Numbered from the stretch's first letter, positions 36,225 through 46,431 are shown. The stretch: 50,673 nucleotides of DNA from a virus (IMGVR_UViG_3300031645_000001:1-50673), one strand, 5' to 3'. The notes: generated from the sequence alone by a model not told the origin. Made by a program: numbers and translations.

Positions 36225-37392
36225 CTATCTCTCCTTTTGGGTCTCTTGTAAATCGTTGGTCTATAAATTTAAACTGGATACTCATATAGGAAAGATCAAA
36301 AGTTCCATATATTAAACCTTTTAACCTAATCCTAAATTCAACTCCAGCTGTTCTTATATGTGCTACTCCTTCATCATTTAAAGGTGTCCAAGGAGTTGTT
36401 TTGAATTCTTCCTTCTTTTTATATCTGTAATCTATTGCAGCTTGCAGTGGGATATTAGAGATAGCATCAAACTGAATTGATTCAATAGATTTCAAACCTC
36501 TACGTTTAAGATCTAATGTATCAATTACTACTTCAACTGGATTAGCTTCTAATGTCTCAGGTGATACGCCAGTAAGATTTTCCTTAATACGATAGAGACC
36601 AGTTAAGTTAGCATACCCACCTGTTAGCGTTCCTTCATTAAAGATATACCCAGCTACTTCATCACTGATGTGAAGTCTGTCTTCATCAGCATCCCAAGTT
36701 AAGACAGGGTTAGTTAAAGGTAATAAGAATTCTTCATAACCTAGTTTGTTAAGTCCTTCAGATGTTAACTTATAAAGGCAACCTAGGGTGTCTATAAAGA
36801 AATGAGTAAATTGATCTCCACCAACAGCTGTCTTATTCTTAATACCTACCTTTGATAAATCTTTGAATCCAAAAGTTGGTGCAGGTGCTGAAACTGGAAA
36901 GGCTAAGGTTATTCCAGTGCTGCCATAAATTACTACATTCTTATCTAATTGCCTAACTTGATAAACATATCCAGTCCAAGACATAGGTCTACGACCTGCA
37001 TCATTTGTCAAGTCAAGTTCCATACTTACATTACCTATCTTACTCCAAGCTACCCAATTCTTTTTATTACTGTTAGCTACAGCCCAACCAGATAATGAAA
37101 CTTCAATTGTCATAGTTGAATTAACTATAGTAGTTGATATAGGAAACTCACCTGAAATAGATACACTAATAGATAATTCTAGATCATCCATTATATAGGT
37201 CCCATTTAAAGGATCACCTTCAAGTGAGATTTCTATAATAGGGACACCAAAGTAGTTATTAGCTGCGCAATCAAAGGTAAGGTCAGCATCAAAGTTATGA
37301 GGAGATGGAGTAGTAGGAGCAGGTGTAGTAAGTGTAGTTGTAGGAACTAGCGTTGTAGGTGGAACTGTTGTTGGAACAACTGTAGTTGCCAT
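36214..37392 (-). CDS. Tail hub/nozzle-like beta-propeller protein with N-terminal Thr/Pro tract
   Basis: MATTVVPTTVPPTTLVPTTTLTTPAPTTPSP; VAWS, VIYG, FFID propeller-like strands. Confidence 0.55.
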   Translation of the reverse strand: MATTVVPTTVPPTTLVPTTTLTTPAPTTPSPHNFDADLTFDCAANNYFGVPIIEISLEGDPLNGTYIMDDLELSISVSISGEFPISTTIVNSTMTIEVSLSGWAVANSNKKNWVAWSKIGNVSMELDLTNDAGRRPMSWTGYVYQVRQLDKNVVIYGSTGITLAFPVSAPAPTFGFKDLSKVGIKNKTAVGGDQFTHFFIDTLGCLYKLTSEGLNKLGYEEFLLPLTNPVLTWDADEDRLHISDEVAGYIFNEGTLTGGYANLTGLYRIKENLTGVSPETLEANPVEVVIDTLDLKRRGLKSIESIQFDAISNIPLQAAIDYRYKKKEEFKTTPWTPLNDEGVAHIRTAGVEFRIRLKGLIYGTFDLSYMSIQFKFIDQRFTRDPKGEIDVY

Positions 37393-37403
37393 CTAATCCT
37401 CCA

Positions 37404-37832
37404 CTATACTCCAGCTATTGCTAATGCTATATTTGCTACTGTATAAGTTCCACCATTGTAAGTTGTCATAGTACCGCCGAAATCTATGAAACCTACAACT
37501 GGATCATTAGCGATACTAGCAGCTATAATAACAGCACCACAAGCTTGGAGGTTTCCACCAGCTATAGGCCAAGCTGCATTATTCCAAGTTACAATTAATG
37601 CGTTTAGCAAGTCACTTCTTGTAGTAGCTACACCAGCAAGAGGTGTTCCTCCAATAGTATAGCCATAAGCTGTAGGTAGTTCATTAGCTGACAGATCCAA
37701 ATACTCATCATGATTTACTCTATTGAAGGTAAAGCCTGGCGCCATTAAGATAATATTAAAAGTAACAGCATCAAAGTCTACATCAGCACCAGAGATTAAC
37801 TCAAGTATGTTGTTAGATACTAAGGAAGCCAT
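37404..37832 (-). CDS. Small virion protein (paralog of 38650..39054)
   Basis: I.LM...ELPTAYGYTIGG..L...W pattern. Confidence 0.7.
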   Translation of the reverse strand: MASLVSNNILELISGADVDFDAVTFNIILMAPGFTFNRVNHDEYLDLSANELPTAYGYTIGGTPLAGVATTRSDLLNALIVTWNNAAWPIAGGNLQACGAVIIAASIANDPVVGFIDFGGTMTTYNGGTYTVANIALAIAGV

Positions 37833-37856
37833 TTTAATTCCTTTCAGTTTAAATTA

Positions 37857-37881
37857 AGTTTGTTCGAAAATCGGTTGATCT
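37857..37881. repeat. 25-bp dyad motif copy 20
   Basis: AGTTTGTTCGAAAATCGGTTGATCT; overlaps TAG. Confidence 0.9.
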
Positions 37882-38647
37882 AAAAATCCATTGGCCAGAT
37901 TTGAGGCTCTAAAGTATAAGGTACAAGTTCTTTATCAACATGTAGTGGTTTAACATAGTTATAACGAGTTAATTTGTTAACATATGTATCAATAGGGCCA
38001 GGAGCTATATCTCCGCCAGTACCAACAGAGAAAAAATCAAAGTCTGTTCCATCATCATCTATTCTTGGAGTATGCTGTCCTGGACCTATCCAGCCTCCAC
38101 CACCTATATCACCATCTACAATATCTATATCCCAAGCAACTGGTTCAGAAGATCCATCACTCCAAGCTTTTAATTTTAAACTGTTGCCTATAACTCTAAA
38201 TCTCATCCAAATCCAAGTATTCTCTATAAAACCAAAGAATGTACTACTAAGCACAGCTTGAGCTCCACCAGAAAGTTCTTTAGATATTCTTATTCTATTA
38301 TTGCGATTATCTGCAGTGCAACAATAGTATTCATAATTTGCTCCTAATGCTCCTGAAGCCCTAACAAACATCTCACAAGTTTCTTCATCAAAACCATTTT
38401 TAGTTCTCATCTTTCCTAAAACTTCTACATCAGCTGGTGTACCTACATCATCCCAAGAGATAAGATAAGACCTAGGATTAAATCCATTATAACATTGAAG
38501 GAAAAGTAACTGTCCACCCAAATCTCCACCAACTTGTATAAACCCTTGATGAGATCCAGCCCAAAGCCTTTCAGTCCAGTTTAATCCAGATGCTTGAGGA
38601 AAGACACAAACTGCACAATCTGTAAAATATGTTCTAAAAGTAGCCAT
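37880..38647 (-). CDS. ConA/lectin-like beta-sandwich virion protein
   Basis: WIWMRFRVIGNSLKLKAW...EP..W; homologous to the core of 49109..50617. Confidence 0.65.
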   Translation of the reverse strand: MATFRTYFTDCAVCVFPQASGLNWTERLWAGSHQGFIQVGGDLGGQLLFLQCYNGFNPRSYLISWDDVGTPADVEVLGKMRTKNGFDEETCEMFVRASGALGANYEYYCCTADNRNNRIRISKELSGGAQAVLSSTFFGFIENTWIWMRFRVIGNSLKLKAWSDGSSEPVAWDIDIVDGDIGGGGWIGPGQHTPRIDDDGTDFDFFSVGTGGDIAPGPIDTYVNKLTRYNYVKPLHVDKELVPYTLEPQIWPMDF

Positions 38648-38649
38648 AA

Positions 38650-39054
38650 TTAAATATCGAAAATCCCTGTTGGATCAAAGTTTATAAGATAATTACCACC
38701 ATCTGGAAAGTTAGTAAATTCCCAATAGCATAGTAGACAATCTAGTGTAGTATCTATTAATATAGCATGTGATACAGCAGCTACACCAAGATTTATCCAA
38801 GTAATATCAGATGCTTTAAAGGTAGTATATACAGCACGAGTAAGACTTTTGCCAGTTAAAGTTTCTCCACCTGCTCCATAACCTAGCCCGACTACTTCAA
38901 ATCCTGAAACGTCAGAGTAGTCTACATGAGCATCAACATCAGGAGTATAGCCAACTACTAACATTAGTTTAATAATGTTATTTAGAAGGTCTATATTTCC
39001 TTGAGGAAGTTGGTATGAAAATTCGTTATAAAAGTAACCATCTCCATGAGCCAT
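38650..39054 (-). CDS. Small virion protein (paralog of 37404..37832)
   Basis: IKLML...EVVGLGYGAGGETL...ITW. Confidence 0.7.
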   Translation of the reverse strand: MAHGDGYFYNEFSYQLPQGNIDLLNNIIKLMLVVGYTPDVDAHVDYSDVSGFEVVGLGYGAGGETLTGKSLTRAVYTTFKASDITWINLGVAAVSHAILIDTTLDCLLCYWEFTNFPDGGNYLINFDPTGIFDI

Positions 39055-39085
39055 AGTTTTGTCCTTATTGATTAAGTTGCTTTAT

Positions 39086-39292
39086 CTAATCTAGTTCTAT
39101 TAATTCTACCGACTTATGCCAATGCCCACAAGGGAAATGCTCAGAAGGATTAAGAGGAAGATTTCTATGTAAGCAAAACCTTCTAGCAAGTATCTCAGAT
39201 GACCATCTTTTATTATTCAAATAGCCATATTTATTCATCTGATCAACAAAATCCCATGGTCCTGCATCTTTATGATCTTCAATCCAACTCAT
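39086..39292 (-). CDS. Hypothetical protein
   Basis: Fills the operon gap. Confidence 0.55.
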   Translation of the reverse strand: MSWIEDHKDAGPWDFVDQMNKYGYLNNKRWSSEILARRFCLHRNLPLNPSEHFPCGHWHKSVELIELD

Positions 39293-39293
39293 C

Positions 39294-39791
39294 TTAATCC
39301 CCTAAAAATCCTGCACTTATGCTAACATCAGGTCCACCTACAAACAACTGCCCATTAACATCACAGACGCATAAGCATTTAGAAATTTCAGCTTCATCAT
39401 ACTCACACCAAGCACCAGTTTCTGGATCTAATGTTAGAAACTCAGCTCCATTTGTTAAAACTAAGAAGTCATAAAAGTCAGCTATAGTCCAAGTAGATCC
39501 TTCAGCTGCTGTGTAGATAAGAGTTAATACACCATCTATGTATGTGTAGATGTTAACTGGTGTACAAATCAAGCACCAATTTCTAAGTTGGAAGCACTGA
39601 GGAAATGGAAAGGTGCAAGCTGGTATAGTTGATATGTCAAAGTTTTTTAATTCATCTATGTTTATCAACTTACCAGCTTCTTGAAACACTCCATTAGCTA
39701 AAGTAAGTGCTCCAATATTCTTAGGATTATGTTTAGAGTTTCTAAGACCTTTCTTTAATCCATCTTTGAATATTATAGTATATTCTCGCAT
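39294..39791 (-). CDS. Virion protein, possible N-terminal half of a tail hub
   Basis: Propeller-like strands (IADFYDFLVLTNG, VNGQLFVGG). Confidence 0.55.
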   Translation of the reverse strand: MREYTIIFKDGLKKGLRNSKHNPKNIGALTLANGVFQEAGKLINIDELKNFDISTIPACTFPFPQCFQLRNWCLICTPVNIYTYIDGVLTLIYTAAEGSTWTIADFYDFLVLTNGAEFLTLDPETGAWCEYDEAEISKCLCVCDVNGQLFVGGPDVSISAGFLGD

Positions 39792-40189
39792 TAGAGTTTT
39801 CCTAAATTATCATCAAAGATTTCAAGATCTAATGGGTCATTGTTAGTAACCAATTTCATATTACTAAGCTGTTCCCTAGCAATTGTAGCAGACTTCTTTA
39901 GAACTTCCTCATATGAAATTCCAGGGTTTTTACTCTCTACCTTCTCCATAACTTTAGTAACAAGCTTTCTATTATTATCTAAGTCTTTATTATCTTTATA
40001 GAAATTATCACTTAATGTTTTAAGGTAGATAGATTGCTTTGATAAGTGAGTTATAACATGAGGGATAGCCTTTAAAGCTTCCTCAACACAGAACTTAGAT
40101 ATCCTCATTAAGTAATCACAGAACTGTGAGTAGGTTAATTTAGACATCCTGTTATATTCAGCTTCCGTAATAACGTCTTCTATTTTCAT
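39791..40189 (-). CDS. Hypothetical helical protein
   Basis: TAATG coupling; FYKDNKDL also occurs in the scaffold protein. Confidence 0.7.
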   Translation of the reverse strand: MKIEDVITEAEYNRMSKLTYSQFCDYLMRISKFCVEEALKAIPHVITHLSKQSIYLKTLSDNFYKDNKDLDNNRKLVTKVMEKVESKNPGISYEEVLKKSATIAREQLSNMKLVTNNDPLDLEIFDDNLGKL

Positions 40190-40402
40190 TACTTGACTCC
40201 AAACTTTTTCTTTCTAGAGGTTAAATAAGATCCATCAGCTGCTGAGTGATGAGTTTTAATCCCACCTTTAGGAACAGGCTTAGGTGCTGGAGTTGTTGGA
40301 ACCTTTAGTTTAGCAGGTCCTAATGCATCCATTAAAGATTTATATTTTTTATTGCTCTTTTTTAATTAGTTTAGCTGCCCAAGGCAATAGTCCATCAGCC
40401 AT
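40189..40402 (-). pseudogene. Small basic gene broken by one extra A in an A6 run (40358-40363)
   Basis: GGAGG plus ATG 40402 stops after 17 codons; removing one A gives 70 aa ending in TAATG at 40189. Confidence 0.55.
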
Positions 40403-40422
40403 GTTAGCCTCCTTTGTTTAAT

Positions 40423-40447
40423 TGTTTGTACAAATTTCGGACGAACT
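40423..40447. repeat. 25-bp dyad motif copy 21
   Basis: TGTTTGTACAAATTTCGGACGAACT; overlaps TAG. Confidence 0.9.
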
Positions 40448-41162
40448 AACCATCCATCTGATCAACTTCAGCAATTAGTTCCTCAACAAGATCCATTCCA
40501 AGTTGCGTCATTTCAGTTGTAATAGCATTAGTCCAGTCATTTACACCTTGTGTACTGCGATTGATTACCTCTATCTGACGCATAGTAGACATGTAAAGTA
40601 GCATAGGGTGACTATCAGACCATTTGTTAGAATCTGTGTCTAACACTAACAGTGGAGAATAGAATAAGCCACTAATTATTAAAGTTATATCAGTACTTGT
40701 AGGAACATTTATTAAAATAGCATTATAGTCATTTCCAGCTACTTCTACATATCCCATGAATTCTTCAAAGCTATCTAACGTTTCATTTGGAGGAACAGAT
40801 CTAGTAATACATGGAGAGTAGTAAAGTGGTACACCAGCTTCCATTTCAGCTGGAAGTGTTGATAAGTAGCCTTCCATTAGATCTTGAAGATTCTTTTTAG
40901 TTAACTGCCAACGGCCTTCAGTTGATGATGCAGCCCAGACTTCCTTAATAGCTCTGCAGTAAGGTAAGGTTGTATAGATATTACCAGTAGTCAATCGACT
41001 AAACTTAACAGCCCATGATTTTTGAGTTTCATCTAATCGATCAAGGAATTTAGATCCAGCATCTATAAAGTGCCCTAATCCATCATCTGAGTAGTCATCT
41101 TTGACTAAGTCAAAGCGCCCTGAAAGTTTTCTAAACATTTTTCTGAACTGTAGTAAGTTCAT
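40446..41162 (-). CDS. Head-tail adaptor (tail tubular protein A-like)
   Basis: MNLLQFR start, PLYY, P.LL.Y motifs; directly after the capsid gene. Confidence 0.65.
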   Translation of the reverse strand: MNLLQFRKMFRKLSGRFDLVKDDYSDDGLGHFIDAGSKFLDRLDETQKSWAVKFSRLTTGNIYTTLPYCRAIKEVWAASSTEGRWQLTKKNLQDLMEGYLSTLPAEMEAGVPLYYSPCITRSVPPNETLDSFEEFMGYVEVAGNDYNAILINVPTSTDITLIISGLFYSPLLVLDTDSNKWSDSHPMLLYMSTMRQIEVINRSTQGVNDWTNAITTEMTQLGMDLVEELIAEVDQMDG

Positions 41163-41180
41163 ATTAATACCTTTTAAATA

Positions 41181-41214
41181 AGCTGAGAGGGAGCTACATT
41201 AGTCCCTCTCAGCT
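41181..41214 (-). terminator. Stem-loop after the major capsid gene (terminator/attenuator)
   Basis: AGCTGAGAGGGA / TCCCTCTCAGCT 12-bp stem with weak U tail. Confidence 0.65.
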
Positions 41215-41235
41215 ATTAGTGGCCTAGGAGGTTAG

Positions 41236-42534
41236 CTAAGCAAGATTATTATCCAGGCCGACACTGTTAAGGACAGCACACTTTTGTGGCAGTCCAAATT
41301 CAAGACCGCACTCAGTAAGATATTCCTCCCAAGTGCCATCAAGTCTACGTTGTCCGTAACCTTCCGGATGCTGTTTAGCAGATGACTCACCAAAGAACTG
41401 TGTATCATCTACATAACGATAGCCCATTTCCTTAGGTTCAATGATAATTCCCATGTTGCGAGTAGTTGGGTCATAAGAGAAGAGCGGATGAGTCTTCATA
41501 TGGATAGTACCAAAAGGTGTTATCCAGGAACGAATGTCCATCCCGTAGGTCTTCTGTGCTGGTTGAAGGTTAATCTGACCACCAGTCATTGCAAGAGCAT
41601 CAATGCCGAGCAAGAAGCCAGAGCCACAGAGACAAAGTTTCTCATTAGCTCCATAGCGAAAGATCTGCTCAAGTATAGCTTTGAACCAGATTTCTCCACT
41701 AGCTGCCCATGTTTGACCTGCATAGTCTACATTAAGTGAATAGTCATCACAATTAGCAGCCGCATACTGACGGATGAAGTTAATTACACCCATAGTAGTA
41801 CGTTCAGGTTTTCCGTTATCTCCGATATTCTCAGTTCGAATACCCCAGAGGAATGCAAGTTCTATTTCCCATGAGTGCATCTCGAGCGCTTCAGATTTCA
41901 TCTTCTGGTAAGCATCCCCAGTTCGAAGACAAGTCTTGCGAGCAGTTCGAGTAATAGAAAGTGGAGTACGGAAGATCTGTGTATAATTGTAGACCTTTAC
42001 TGGATTAAGTGCAATAGCATCAGGCATCTCACCGCCCTCAGGATTGATGTTACCTATGATCTTAAAACAATCACAGTCGCTAAGGTCATGACCTCCGGCA
42101 GCACCATTAGTATCAGCTTCGAGTAAGTTAATAGCAAGAACTGTATTAACTGCTCCTCGAGTTACTCCAGTTACTTTACCAACTACAGTCATACGATAGT
42201 CAGAAGCATCTTGAAGAAGAATCTGATGCCCTTCACGAATACGATTGCCAAGCACTGTAGTAATTTGAGCATAGACTACAGTAGGGCCAGCAGCAGTGTA
42301 AGCTACACTAAGGTCAGCTAAAGTATAAATACCCTCGATGTCTCCACCTACAGCTGTTTGCTCCTGTGTCCACCAATGGAACTGAGGATCGTCAACACCT
42401 TCATTGCCGATCATTGATAGGATAGCTGTTAAAGGAGCCATACCATTAGGGTAAAGCTTCATTATTTGTTGTCTCCAGTTCAGGGGTCTTTGATCAGTGA
42501 CCCAGTCACCGTTTCCTCTCATTCCAAGAAACAT
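41236..42534 (-). CDS. Major capsid protein (DUF5309/SU10-like HK97 fold)
   Basis: EG...P...NYTQIFRT..ITRT, IELAFLWG, TPFGTI; after the scaffold; followed by a stem-loop. Confidence 0.88.
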   Translation of the reverse strand: MFLGMRGNGDWVTDQRPLNWRQQIMKLYPNGMAPLTAILSMIGNEGVDDPQFHWWTQEQTAVGGDIEGIYTLADLSVAYTAAGPTVVYAQITTVLGNRIREGHQILLQDASDYRMTVVGKVTGVTRGAVNTVLAINLLEADTNGAAGGHDLSDCDCFKIIGNINPEGGEMPDAIALNPVKVYNYTQIFRTPLSITRTARKTCLRTGDAYQKMKSEALEMHSWEIELAFLWGIRTENIGDNGKPERTTMGVINFIRQYAAANCDDYSLNVDYAGQTWAASGEIWFKAILEQIFRYGANEKLCLCGSGFLLGIDALAMTGGQINLQPAQKTYGMDIRSWITPFGTIHMKTHPLFSYDPTTRNMGIIIEPKEMGYRYVDDTQFFGESSAKQHPEGYGQRRLDGTWEEYLTECGLEFGLPQKCAVLNSVGLDNNLA

Positions 42535-42557
42535 AATTGATTACCTCCTATTGATTA

Positions 42558-42582
42558 AGTTCGAACGATTTTTAAACGAACT
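42558..42582. repeat. 25-bp dyad motif copy 22
   Basis: AGTTCGAACGATTTTTAAACGAACT; upstream of the capsid RBS. Confidence 0.85.
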
Positions 42583-42594
42583 GTTAATGTTAAA

Positions 42595-43020
42595 TTATCC
42601 AGCCTGTGTAGTTGGTGCTGAAGAAGGTGGTGCTGTAGTAGGCGGCTGAGTAGTACCAGGAGCTGGTGTAGTTAAGAAACAAGGTACAGTTGTACCAAGA
42701 GCGTGCCAATTAAGGCCGTCACTATACAACAATGCTTTATCACATTTACCATTGAATACTATGTTAGTCCAGCACTCACTATCATCAAAATCTGTGATAG
42801 TAACATACTGTGTCGCATTAGCCCCTCGACATACTAGAGAGTAAAACCTCCCCTTTGCATCAGCTACAGGTGGAAGTGTTATAGTGATAGCTCCACTATC
42901 TCTATCCGCAGTAGGACGCAAGACATAGTCCCTAGTAGTCATCTGATAATTCGCATTAGGGTTATGGTATTTATCAGGTGACTCTCTATAATGTTGCTCA
43001 TTATTTTGCTCAAGTCCCAT
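42595..43020 (-). CDS. Probable capsid decoration protein with C-terminal Thr/Pro tail
   Basis: ITITLP...YSDGLNW fold; tail TTPAPGTTQPPTTAPPSSAPTTQAG; between scaffold and capsid genes. Confidence 0.6.
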   Translation of the reverse strand: MGLEQNNEQHYRESPDKYHNPNANYQMTTRDYVLRPTADRDSGAITITLPPVADAKGRFYSLVCRGANATQYVTITDFDDSECWTNIVFNGKCDKALLYSDGLNWHALGTTVPCFLTTPAPGTTQPPTTAPPSSAPTTQAG

Positions 43021-43046
43021 AGTTAAATTACCTCCTTATTGTTAGT

Positions 43047-43850
43047 TTATCCCATTAAGACTTTGTTCATATCATCTATCTGGGATTCGATGTTAGTTAA
43101 ATTAGGTTTATTATCAGCCTTCCCAGACTTCCCTTTCTTACGAGGAAGCTTTGGAGGGGTTCCTTTGTCTAAAACTTTTTTACTAGGTTCTGGTAATTCA
43201 AGACGTTTGCGTACTTCAGGTGCTACATCAGCCATTACTTCTCCATAGGTTCTTGTAGTGTCTTTTGCATAAAGATCGTCAAAGACATTAGCTACAACCT
43301 TTTTAAACTTTACTAAGTCTTTGTTATCTTTGTAAAAACTTTCAGATAAAGTCTGCATGTTTGTAATAGATTTTACCATCTCAGGAACTGATTGATTAAC
43401 ACTTTGACCTAATGAACCTTGTACATCAGTTACTGCTTTTTGATAGATTTTGTTTAATAACTTGTTAAATTTCTTAGGATCATCCTTTACATCATCAAAG
43501 TCAAGATCACCTATAAAATCTTGATCGTCAAAAGTTAAAGGTGCCTTAGTTGTAGGAGCTAAAGTTTTAGGTGGTTTATCTTTTTCAGCCAGCTTCCTAC
43601 GTAATTCTTCAATAGTCTGATCACGGTCGTCAGGTGCTTCAGTTGAAGGTGAATCTGTTTTAGGCTCATCAGTTGTTGGCGGATCTGTTTTTAGGTCTTC
43701 TGGAGCATCAGTTGATGGAGCTTCAGTTTTAAGATCATCAGGTGCATCTGTTGAAGGTGCAGCTGTTGGATCTGGTTCATTACCAGGATCATCAAACGTC
43801 TTATTCATCTGATCAATGTCACTTTGGATCTTCTTCAAATATTCATTCAT
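43047..43850 (-). CDS. Scaffolding protein
   Basis: Acidic Pro/Thr-rich N-terminus, coiled coil, between portal and capsid genes. Confidence 0.7.
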   Translation of the reverse strand: MNEYLKKIQSDIDQMNKTFDDPGNEPDPTAAPSTDAPDDLKTEAPSTDAPEDLKTDPPTTDEPKTDSPSTEAPDDRDQTIEELRRKLAEKDKPPKTLAPTTKAPLTFDDQDFIGDLDFDDVKDDPKKFNKLLNKIYQKAVTDVQGSLGQSVNQSVPEMVKSITNMQTLSESFYKDNKDLVKFKKVVANVFDDLYAKDTTRTYGEVMADVAPEVRKRLELPEPSKKVLDKGTPPKLPRKKGKSGKADNKPNLTNIESQIDDMNKVLMG

Positions 43851-43854
43851 TTAG

Positions 43855-44148
43855 CTAACCTCCGTCTATTGGTTTATTATCTTGCTTTTCTTCTTTCATT
43901 GATAGGAACATGTCTACTATTCCAAGAATGTAGTCGACTGCTTTCTGTCTACCATTAAGGTCTCCCATGTGAAGTAAGATAGATGCTGTTGAGGGATTTT
44001 CAGTCTCTGCATTATCTACTATTGAAAGCATCTCCATGTTAAAACCATGCTTCCAGGTTTTAAGTTCTCGTCTCATGTCAGACCAAACTATAGATTCTTT
44101 AAAGTCTTCAAGTTGGTCTTTAGTCGAATGTACTTTTATCTCTTCCAT
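43855..44148 (-). CDS. Small post-portal protein
   Basis: 97-aa helical ORF directly after the portal. Confidence 0.7.
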   Translation of the reverse strand: MEEIKVHSTKDQLEDFKESIVWSDMRRELKTWKHGFNMEMLSIVDNAETENPSTASILLHMGDLNGRQKAVDYILGIVDMFLSMKEEKQDNKPIDGG

Positions 44149-44149
44149 T

Positions 44150-46102
44150 TTAAACTCCTACAGGTACCATGTTACCTTTGTCAACTTCATTCATAACTTG
44201 TTCATCAGGCATAGTTTGTCCTTGCACCTGATCCATATTACGCCGAAAGTCTTCTACATTTTTAGCTCCTAGTTGCTGTGCTATGTACATGAAGATACGA
44301 GTGGTGTCAAACTGTTGCATAAGTTCAGGTGTTGTACCTATTATCTTAAACATCTGAATCCATGCCTCAGAGAAATTCCCTCCAGGTATGGAACCATCTC
44401 GGACTATTAAGTCGTAGTTTACAGCTAAGTCATAAGGTGTTACTCGAGCATTTTTCTTCTTATTACCATATATAGATGCTAACTGTTCAGCATATCGTCC
44501 TATTAAACGTACGTAAGTTTCTTGAGACTGATACTGTTGAGTATGAACAGCAAACATAGTTCCTATATCTTGCATGTACTGCATACCTATTATCATAGCT
44601 ATTCGCTGTAAACGTGAGATTGCTGAGCCACGAGTTCCTTGAAACTCACCTTTGGTTAAGCGCTCAGGTCCACCTTGTCGTAGAGATCCTTGCATAGATT
44701 GATCAGCACCTGAGATGCGATCCATCCACTGAGTTATGTAGCCTGAGTCAGCTATATTAGCACGAGTTATGTCTTGGACTTGAAGCTGCTGGACTACTTT
44801 ATCAACTCCACGTCCCCATGCAGGGCGACGTAAGCGAATTAGTTTTCCTGGTTGAGGATCCTTAAGATCGTTAATATTAACAAGATAAGGATCAACAACC
44901 AGCATATCATTAATAGCCTTCTTGACATTGCTAATATGACTATTGAATAAGAAGTCGAGAGTATGCTGAAGTCCATAGAGTACCTCCATACGCCCTATAG
45001 GTGTTATTGAGTAGCCGTCGTACTCTGGTGAAGCTACACTTATAGGATACATTCCATGATTGTGATCAGCTCGTTCACAAGCTATGATAATGTCATCTGA
45101 GGCAAGTTCAAAGTACCACTTTTCTGGATATTCATTAGTGCCTAGTTTCCAATCCTTTGGAATTAAGTTAACATACATCTTGATAGTGTCAACTGGATTA
45201 ACTGTCTGGGTCATTGACCTATCTATGTCAATAGATCCACCATGACGCTTTTGTCTATCACTTTGGTCTAGTGCCAGAGTTGAGCGTTTATCTTTTTTAC
45301 TTTTAAGATACTTTACGTTGAATAAGTTTGAATTAGGCCTGCTTTCCTCACTTAAAATATTCATATAGTTATCGCGGTCTACCCAACCATTGAATTCACC
45401 AGATTGAATATCTGAACTTGCTACTGATGGATCAGGAAGCCACATGTAAGGGTCGATGTTAGATAAGTCATTACCTTCGAATAAGAGAGATTCAACCATA
45501 TCTGTTTGGTGAGAAGTACTTTCACCTAATTCTGACTGAGTAATTATTGAAGACTTAACAGGTTTACGACCATAAGTAGAGCGCCATCCAGGAATTGCAA
45601 TACCTACTCCATAACCTAAAGCATCACGAAGGGAAGTGTGAATGTTTAGAGGTACTTTGTTTTTAATACAGTGCATACGAATTACTAACTCCATTAACAT
45701 AGCACCCTGTGTATCGTCGTCTTCTACACCCTCATATTGGAATAGAGGGTCTTGGAAAAAGGCCATTGAAAGATAAGTTAAGAGTGCTTCTAGCATAGAG
45801 TAGGAGTAAGGAAAGACTATAGATACAGGCTTGGAAGAGTCTTTCTTTTGAAGCTTTTCTTCCTTATCTTTTAAAGGGATGTAAGCAGTAAGTGTTCTAT
45901 CTATTTCCCTCCAAGATGAGAAGCGCTTAGATATCTCCATACGAGATTCATTAGCTCGCTGCCAGATCTTAGACCGTAAAGATTTATGGAGATCTGATTC
46001 AGGCCTGAGGTCTAGACCATTAGGATAGTCATAGTCAAATGACTTTTTATTGTATATGTCGTCCTTCCAAGAGGAAGGTTCTCCTTGTACTATGTATGGC
46101 AT
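44150..46102 (-). CDS. Portal protein
   Basis: 650 aa; DALGYGVGI, IDPYMWLPDP, RISGAD...TKGE, Gln-rich tail; head-module position. Confidence 0.85.
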   Translation of the reverse strand: MPYIVQGEPSSWKDDIYNKKSFDYDYPNGLDLRPESDLHKSLRSKIWQRANESRMEISKRFSSWREIDRTLTAYIPLKDKEEKLQKKDSSKPVSIVFPYSYSMLEALLTYLSMAFFQDPLFQYEGVEDDDTQGAMLMELVIRMHCIKNKVPLNIHTSLRDALGYGVGIAIPGWRSTYGRKPVKSSIITQSELGESTSHQTDMVESLLFEGNDLSNIDPYMWLPDPSVASSDIQSGEFNGWVDRDNYMNILSEESRPNSNLFNVKYLKSKKDKRSTLALDQSDRQKRHGGSIDIDRSMTQTVNPVDTIKMYVNLIPKDWKLGTNEYPEKWYFELASDDIIIACERADHNHGMYPISVASPEYDGYSITPIGRMEVLYGLQHTLDFLFNSHISNVKKAINDMLVVDPYLVNINDLKDPQPGKLIRLRRPAWGRGVDKVVQQLQVQDITRANIADSGYITQWMDRISGADQSMQGSLRQGGPERLTKGEFQGTRGSAISRLQRIAMIIGMQYMQDIGTMFAVHTQQYQSQETYVRLIGRYAEQLASIYGNKKKNARVTPYDLAVNYDLIVRDGSIPGGNFSEAWIQMFKIIGTTPELMQQFDTTRIFMYIAQQLGAKNVEDFRRNMDQVQGQTMPDEQVMNEVDKGNMVPVGV

Positions 46103-46104
46103 TT

Positions 46105-46431
46105 TCAGCCTCCAGAAAAATAACTTTTAATAATTTCTATTACCTTATCAATAGCGACGTAGCTAACAGTACCAGTTCCAGCACCTACACCAAGGTCTAA
46201 CTTACGATTCCTCTTTGGTAAATTAACAGCTTTATCAACTATCTTATCACATCTATCAAATTGGTTTTTGAACCCTGCTACAGTTTTACTACACACTTTT
46301 GTTTGATCTCTTACTTCACCTTGTAAGACATTAACTACTTGAAATATCAAACTAAGTTTCTTATCTGTAGAATCTATCTCATCAAATTGCTCAGTTGATA
46401 CTTTAATTTCTAACCCATTTTCATCAGCCAT
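46105..46431 (-). CDS. Coiled-coil protein with hydrophobic C-terminus (possible holin-like)
   Basis: C-terminal LGVGAGTGTVSYVAI segment. Confidence 0.5.
   Translation of the reverse strand: MADENGLEIKVSTEQFDEIDSTDKKLSLIFQVVNVLQGEVRDQTKVCSKTVAGFKNQFDRCDKIVDKAVNLPKRNRKLDLGVGAGTGTVSYVAIDKVIEIIKSYFSGG

Noticed and set aside
41797-41821. Possible extra motif copy inside the capsid gene
   Set aside because: The core lacks the conserved TYG half and A/T centre; likely chance.
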